Of a stretch of 64,000 nucleotides of DNA, positions 60,078-64,000 are shown piece by piece. Source of the DNA: an uncultured Gammaproteobacteria bacterium (lineage in GTDB: Bacteria > Pseudomonadota > Gammaproteobacteria > UBA9214); the NCBI GenBank assembly GCA_963773065.1, contig CAVYZN010000017.1:32001-96000 (forward strand), given 5' to 3'. The position numbers and the translations under genes were made by a program. A model generated the notes under the pieces. It was not told the origin of the DNA and did no database searches. It saw nothing but the letters and a program-made list of their open reading frames with translations. Positions within the stretch are counted from its first letter, which is position 1; each line of letters begins with the position of its first letter.

Positions 60078-62168
60078 TTGATCCGTGCACGCCCTAAAAT
60101 GACTATGTTGTACTCCAGCATTCCGTCAGGCGCGCCGCGCCTGTCACGAGCCGTGATTATACAAGGTGAACCCGGCCGCCTGGGCGACAGGCGTCACCCG
60201 AGGCCGCTTCCGCGCCGCCTCGTGCGCGCGCTCCGGCTTTCGGCGGGACTCCTGCTGCTGGTCAGCGTGTCGGCCTTCCCGGCGACATCCGACCCGCTGG
60301 AAGCCCAACGCGACCGGTTTCTCGAGGCGCGCAAGGCGCTGCAGGAGAACCACCTGGAGCAGTTCCGGGAACTCGCCACGCAGTTGCAGGATTACCCTCT
60401 GTACCCGTACCTGCAATTCGATGATCTGCGCAGCCGCCTGAGCCGTGCGGATGATAAAGAGGTCGAGCGCTTCCTGAAAATCCATGCCGGTCAACCGGTC
60501 GGCGACCGGCTTAACGAGTCCTGGCTGTACAGCCTGGCGCGCAACCAGCGCTGGCGGCTGTTTCTGAAACATTACCGGCCGTCGGAATCGGTGGACCTGC
60601 AATGCTATGCCCTGCAGGCCCGGCTCAAGACCGGAGACAAGCAGGGCCTGGTCGAGGACATCCTGTCGCTCTGGCTGACAGGGGAATCCCGGCCCAAGGC
60701 CTGCGATCCGCCGTTCAAGTTTCTCTCCGACGGTGGCCACATCGGCAAGGACCAGGTGTGGGCGCGCATCCGCCTGGCGATGCAGGGCAACCACCCGGAC
60801 CTGGCCGGCCACCTCGCGAAACGCCTGCCGGTACCGGATCAGGCGTGGGTCACGCTCTGGCGCGAGGCGCACGCCAACCCGAGCCGCACGCTGGATGATC
60901 CACGCCTGGACGCCGATACGCCGCAGGCCCGCGAAATCATCCTGCACGCCCTGCGCCGCATCGCCCGTTTCGACGCCGCGCAGGCGCATGAAAAGTGGCG
61001 GGCCATCAGCACGGCTTACGCCTTCACCGCCGCTGACACGGCATCGCTCGACGGCTATATCGCCTACGCGGCCGCCACCCAGCGCCTACCGGATGCGCAT
61101 GCCTGGCTGGTGGCGCTGCCCGCCGGCGCGGAGGAGCAACGCATTCGGGAGTGGCGGATACGCACCGCGATCGACGGCCGGGACTGGGCAGCGGTGCGCT
61201 CGCACATCACGGCCCTGCCGGCGGCAGAACGGGATGCCGACGAATGGCGCTACTGGCTTGCCCATGCCCTGGAAAAGACCGGCGAGCACGAGGAATCCAT
61301 CAACCGCTACAGTGAGCTGGCGAAGGAACGCAGCTACCACGGCTTCCTCGCGGCCGATGTCCTGCGCTGGCCCTACGCGATGGGGGACAAGCCGGTTACC
61401 CACGATGCGGCCGAACAGGAGTCCCTGCGCCGCAAGCCCGGCCTGGTGCGCGCCCATGAACTCTACCTTGCCGGCCTGCTGAGCGATGCCCGCCGGGAAT
61501 GGGTCTATGCCATTCGGGACATGAGCAATGAAGAACTCGCCCAGGCTGCCGTACTGGCCAGCCAGTGGGGCTGGCACGATCGCGCCATCCTGACGATCGC
61601 CCGCAGCGGGAACTACGATGACCTGAAGCTGCGTTTCCCGCTGGATCACGTCGATAGCGTGCGCCGGCATGCACAGGAAAACGACCTGGATGCCGGGCAT
61701 GTCTTTGCGGTCATCCGCCAGGAAAGCGCGTTCAACAAGGATGCCCGCTCACCGGCCGGCGCCATGGGACTCATGCAGTTGATGCCCGGCACCGGCAGGC
61801 TGACGGCAAATCAGAGCCGCATACCCTACACCGGCACCGGCACCCTGCTCGAGGTCGACAAGAACATCCAGCTCGGCACCAGCTACCTGCGCCAGGTGAT
61901 GGACCGTTTTGACGGCAATCCGGTGCTTGCCACGGCCGCTTACAACGCCGGCCCCAACCGGGTGGAGCGCTGGTTGCCCGAGGCGGACAGTGAGGACGCG
62001 ACGATCTGGGTCGCCGGCATCCCCTATACGGAAACCCGTAACTATGTACAGCGCGTATTCACCTATGCCGCGATCTATGACTGGCGCATGCAGCGCGTCA
62101 TCAACCCCCTGAAGAAACGCATGCCCGCGGTGTTCAGCATCGGGCACTACGAGCACTCCAGCTCCTGA
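60078..62168 (+). CDS. slt: Soluble lytic murein transglycosylase (Slt70-like); true start probably somewhat downstream
   Basis: DYPLYPY, IRQESAF, GAMGLMQLMP, AAYNAGP and IPYTETRNYV. Confidence 0.92.
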   Translation: MIRARPKMTMLYSSIPSGAPRLSRAVIIQGEPGRLGDRRHPRPLPRRLVRALRLSAGLLLLVSVSAFPATSDPLEAQRDRFLEARKALQENHLEQFRELATQLQDYPLYPYLQFDDLRSRLSRADDKEVERFLKIHAGQPVGDRLNESWLYSLARNQRWRLFLKHYRPSESVDLQCYALQARLKTGDKQGLVEDILSLWLTGESRPKACDPPFKFLSDGGHIGKDQVWARIRLAMQGNHPDLAGHLAKRLPVPDQAWVTLWREAHANPSRTLDDPRLDADTPQAREIILHALRRIARFDAAQAHEKWRAISTAYAFTAADTASLDGYIAYAAATQRLPDAHAWLVALPAGAEEQRIREWRIRTAIDGRDWAAVRSHITALPAAERDADEWRYWLAHALEKTGEHEESINRYSELAKERSYHGFLAADVLRWPYAMGDKPVTHDAAEQESLRRKPGLVRAHELYLAGLLSDARREWVYAIRDMSNEELAQAAVLASQWGWHDRAILTIARSGNYDDLKLRFPLDHVDSVRRHAQENDLDAGHVFAVIRQESAFNKDARSPAGAMGLMQLMPGTGRLTANQSRIPYTGTGTLLEVDKNIQLGTSYLRQVMDRFDGNPVLATAAYNAGPNRVERWLPEADSEDATIWVAGIPYTETRNYVQRVFTYAAIYDWRMQRVINPLKKRMPAVFSIGHYEHSSS

Positions 62169-62214
62169 GCGTTTTGTTATAGGATTCCCTGCGCGCATTC
62201 ATCAGGATCAGCAC

Positions 62215-63180
62215 ATGAGAAATAACAAAATTTGCCTACTGGGCGGAACCGGTTTTGTGGGTTATCACCTGGCGAACCGTCTGACGCGCCACGGCTACAC
62301 TGTGCGGATACTGACACGCCGGCGCGAACGCCACCGGGAGTTGCTCGTGAATCCGGACATCAGCCTCATCGAGACCGATGTCTTCGACACCTACCAACTG
62401 CGCCAGTACTTCAGCGGCGCGGGCGCCGTTATCAACCTGATCGGCATCCTCAACGAGAGGAACGCGAAGGAGACCGGCTTCGCACGGGTCCATGTCGAAC
62501 TGCCGGGGTTGATCGCCGATGCCGCGGCCGCGGCCGAGGTTCACCGTCTGCTGCACATGAGCGCATTGCATGCCGACCCGGGGGAACCGGACAGCCGCTA
62601 CCTGAGAACCAAGGGCGAGGGTGAAGACCGCGCGCATGCGGCGGCAAACCAGGGCCTGCGGGTCACCAGTTTCAGACCATCGGTCATCTTCGGTCCGGGC
62701 GACAGCTTCTTCAACCGGTTCGCGACCCTGTTGAGAATCTCGCCGGGGTTTTTTCCGCTGGCCTGTCCCGGCAGCCGTTTCGCGCCGGTGTATGTCGGCG
62801 ATGTGGCCGAGGCGTTCTGCGCGGCGCTGGCGGATGACTCCACCGCGGGTAAGCGTCTGGAATTGTGCGGGCCGGACCGCTACACATTGAAGGAACTCGT
62901 CATCTACACGCGCGACACCATCGGCCTGAAAACACCCGTCCTCGGCCTGGGCGACGCGCTGTCGCGCTGGCAGGCGCTCATCCTCGGCGCGATGCCGGGC
63001 AAACCGTTCACCCTGGACAACTATTATTCACTGCAGCGGGACAGCGTCTGCACCGACAATGCCCTGCCGGCGCTCGGCATCACACCGACACCGGTCAAGG
63101 CCATCGTGCCGACCTATCTCGCCGGCAGGAACCTGCGCGGCCGCTTCCGCACCCTGCGCCGGGGGGCGCGGCGCAAGTGA
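62215..63180 (+). CDS. Complex I NDUFA9-family NAD(P)-binding protein
   Basis: GGTGFVG, INLIGIL, SRYLRTKGEGE, RPSVIFG and PVYVGDVA. Confidence 0.9.
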   Translation: MRNNKICLLGGTGFVGYHLANRLTRHGYTVRILTRRRERHRELLVNPDISLIETDVFDTYQLRQYFSGAGAVINLIGILNERNAKETGFARVHVELPGLIADAAAAAEVHRLLHMSALHADPGEPDSRYLRTKGEGEDRAHAAANQGLRVTSFRPSVIFGPGDSFFNRFATLLRISPGFFPLACPGSRFAPVYVGDVAEAFCAALADDSTAGKRLELCGPDRYTLKELVIYTRDTIGLKTPVLGLGDALSRWQALILGAMPGKPFTLDNYYSLQRDSVCTDNALPALGITPTPVKAIVPTYLAGRNLRGRFRTLRRGARRK

Positions 63181-63215
63181 ACGCCGCCGCTGCCGGCCCG
63201 GCGTTTCGTTGAGCG

Positions 63216-64000
63216 ATGGAAATCTACCTCGTCGGCGGGGCGGTACGGGATAAGCGGCTGGGGCTACCCGTCGGGGAACGCGACTGGGTGGTGGTCGGCG
63301 CCACGCCGCAAGACCTGCTCAGACTGGGTTTCAAACCGGTCGGCAAGGACTTTCCGGTCTTTCTGCACCCGGTCACCAAGGAGGAATACGCGCTGGCGCG
63401 CACCGAACGCAAGACCGGGCCCGGCTATACCGGTTTTGCCACCTGTTACGATCCGACGATTACGCTGGAGCAGGATCTGCGGCGGCGCGACCTGACCATC
63501 AACGCCATGGCGGAAACGCCCGCGGGTGAGTTGATCGATCCCTGCGGCGGCGCGGACGATCTCGACAACGGGGTATTGCGCCATGTCTCCCCGGCCTTTG
63601 CCGAAGACCCGGTCAGGATCCTGCGGGTGGCGCGCTTTGCCGCGCGTTTTGCCCACCGGGGTTTCGAAGTCGCGCACGAAACCAATGCGCTGATGCGCCA
63701 GATGGCCTACAGCGGCGAGGTGGATCACCTGGTGCCCGAACGCGTCTGGGCGGAATTCGCGCGGGCGCTGGGAGAACAGACCCCGCAGCGTTTCTTCGAC
63801 GTGCTGCATGCTTGCGGCGCGCTGGCCAGGCTGTTTCCCGAAGTCGAGCCGCTGTACCCGCAGGCGCAGCCCGCGCACCACGGACAGGATAACGACGCGT
63901 TTTCCGCCCTGCGCGCCGCCGTTGCCCTGAGCGCCGATCCATCGATCCGTTGCGCCGCGCTGGCGTGCGATATCGACCGCGCCACGGGCGCGAGCTTCGA
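63216..64000 (+). CDS. cca: Multifunctional CCA tRNA nucleotidyltransferase (runs off the window end)
   Basis: Manual translation from ATG 63216: [16 protein letters not shown]...DWVVVG...[11 protein letters not shown]...[11 protein letters not shown]...[13 protein letters not shown]...[12 protein letters not shown]. Confidence 0.95.
   Translation, partial: MEIYLVGGAVRDKRLGLPVGERDWVVVGATPQDLLRLGFKPVGKDFPVFLHPVTKEEYALARTERKTGPGYTGFATCYDPTITLEQDLRRRDLTINAMAETPAGELIDPCGGADDLDNGVLRHVSPAFAEDPVRILRVARFAARFAHRGFEVAHETNALMRQMAYSGEVDHLVPERVWAEFARALGEQTPQRFFDVLHACGALARLFPEVEPLYPQAQPAHHGQDNDAFSALRAAVALSADPSIRCAALACDIDRATGASF

Overview
The window looks like chromosomal DNA from a chemolithoautotrophic sulfur- and hydrogen-oxidising gammaproteobacterium. 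This is inferred from gene content; I make no exact taxon call. In order it holds: (1) 43-8775, a sulfur-globule protein gene, an orphan MlaC-like gene with Pro/Tyr-rich tails, a HerA/DUF87 ATPase, a patatin, an APH-AAA kinase, a CBS protein and two exported or membrane coiled-coil proteins; (2) 9121-23379, a group 1e Hyn/Isp [NiFe]-hydrogenase operon divergent from hypCABDF-HMA-hypE; (3) hemN, a small integron-cassette remnant, fnr and gshA; (4) purC/purE/purK, an orphan cbbR-like LysR gene, nhaA, dxs and ybaL; (5) a red-type (form IC) cbbLSX operon followed by a decayed fragment of green-type (form IA) cbbL, lying downstream of tauE-sat-aprBA-ykgJ; (6) 53.7-58.7 kb, an accessory patch with a Y1 transposase, attC-bounded TIR cassettes, a dead IS701 and a MITE-like element; (7) gabD, slt, an NDUFA9-like gene and cca, which runs off the end. 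The most notable observations are a footprint of green-to-red Rubisco replacement, two integrase-less attC cassette clusters (one with a read-through fusion across an attC), a candidate sulfur-globule accessory module, and a PurK with degenerate catalytic motifs. Single-base frameshifts in hypD and sat suggest possible long-read indel errors, so frameshift-based pseudogene calls are tentative. All family assignments come from motif recognition by eye; no database search was run.
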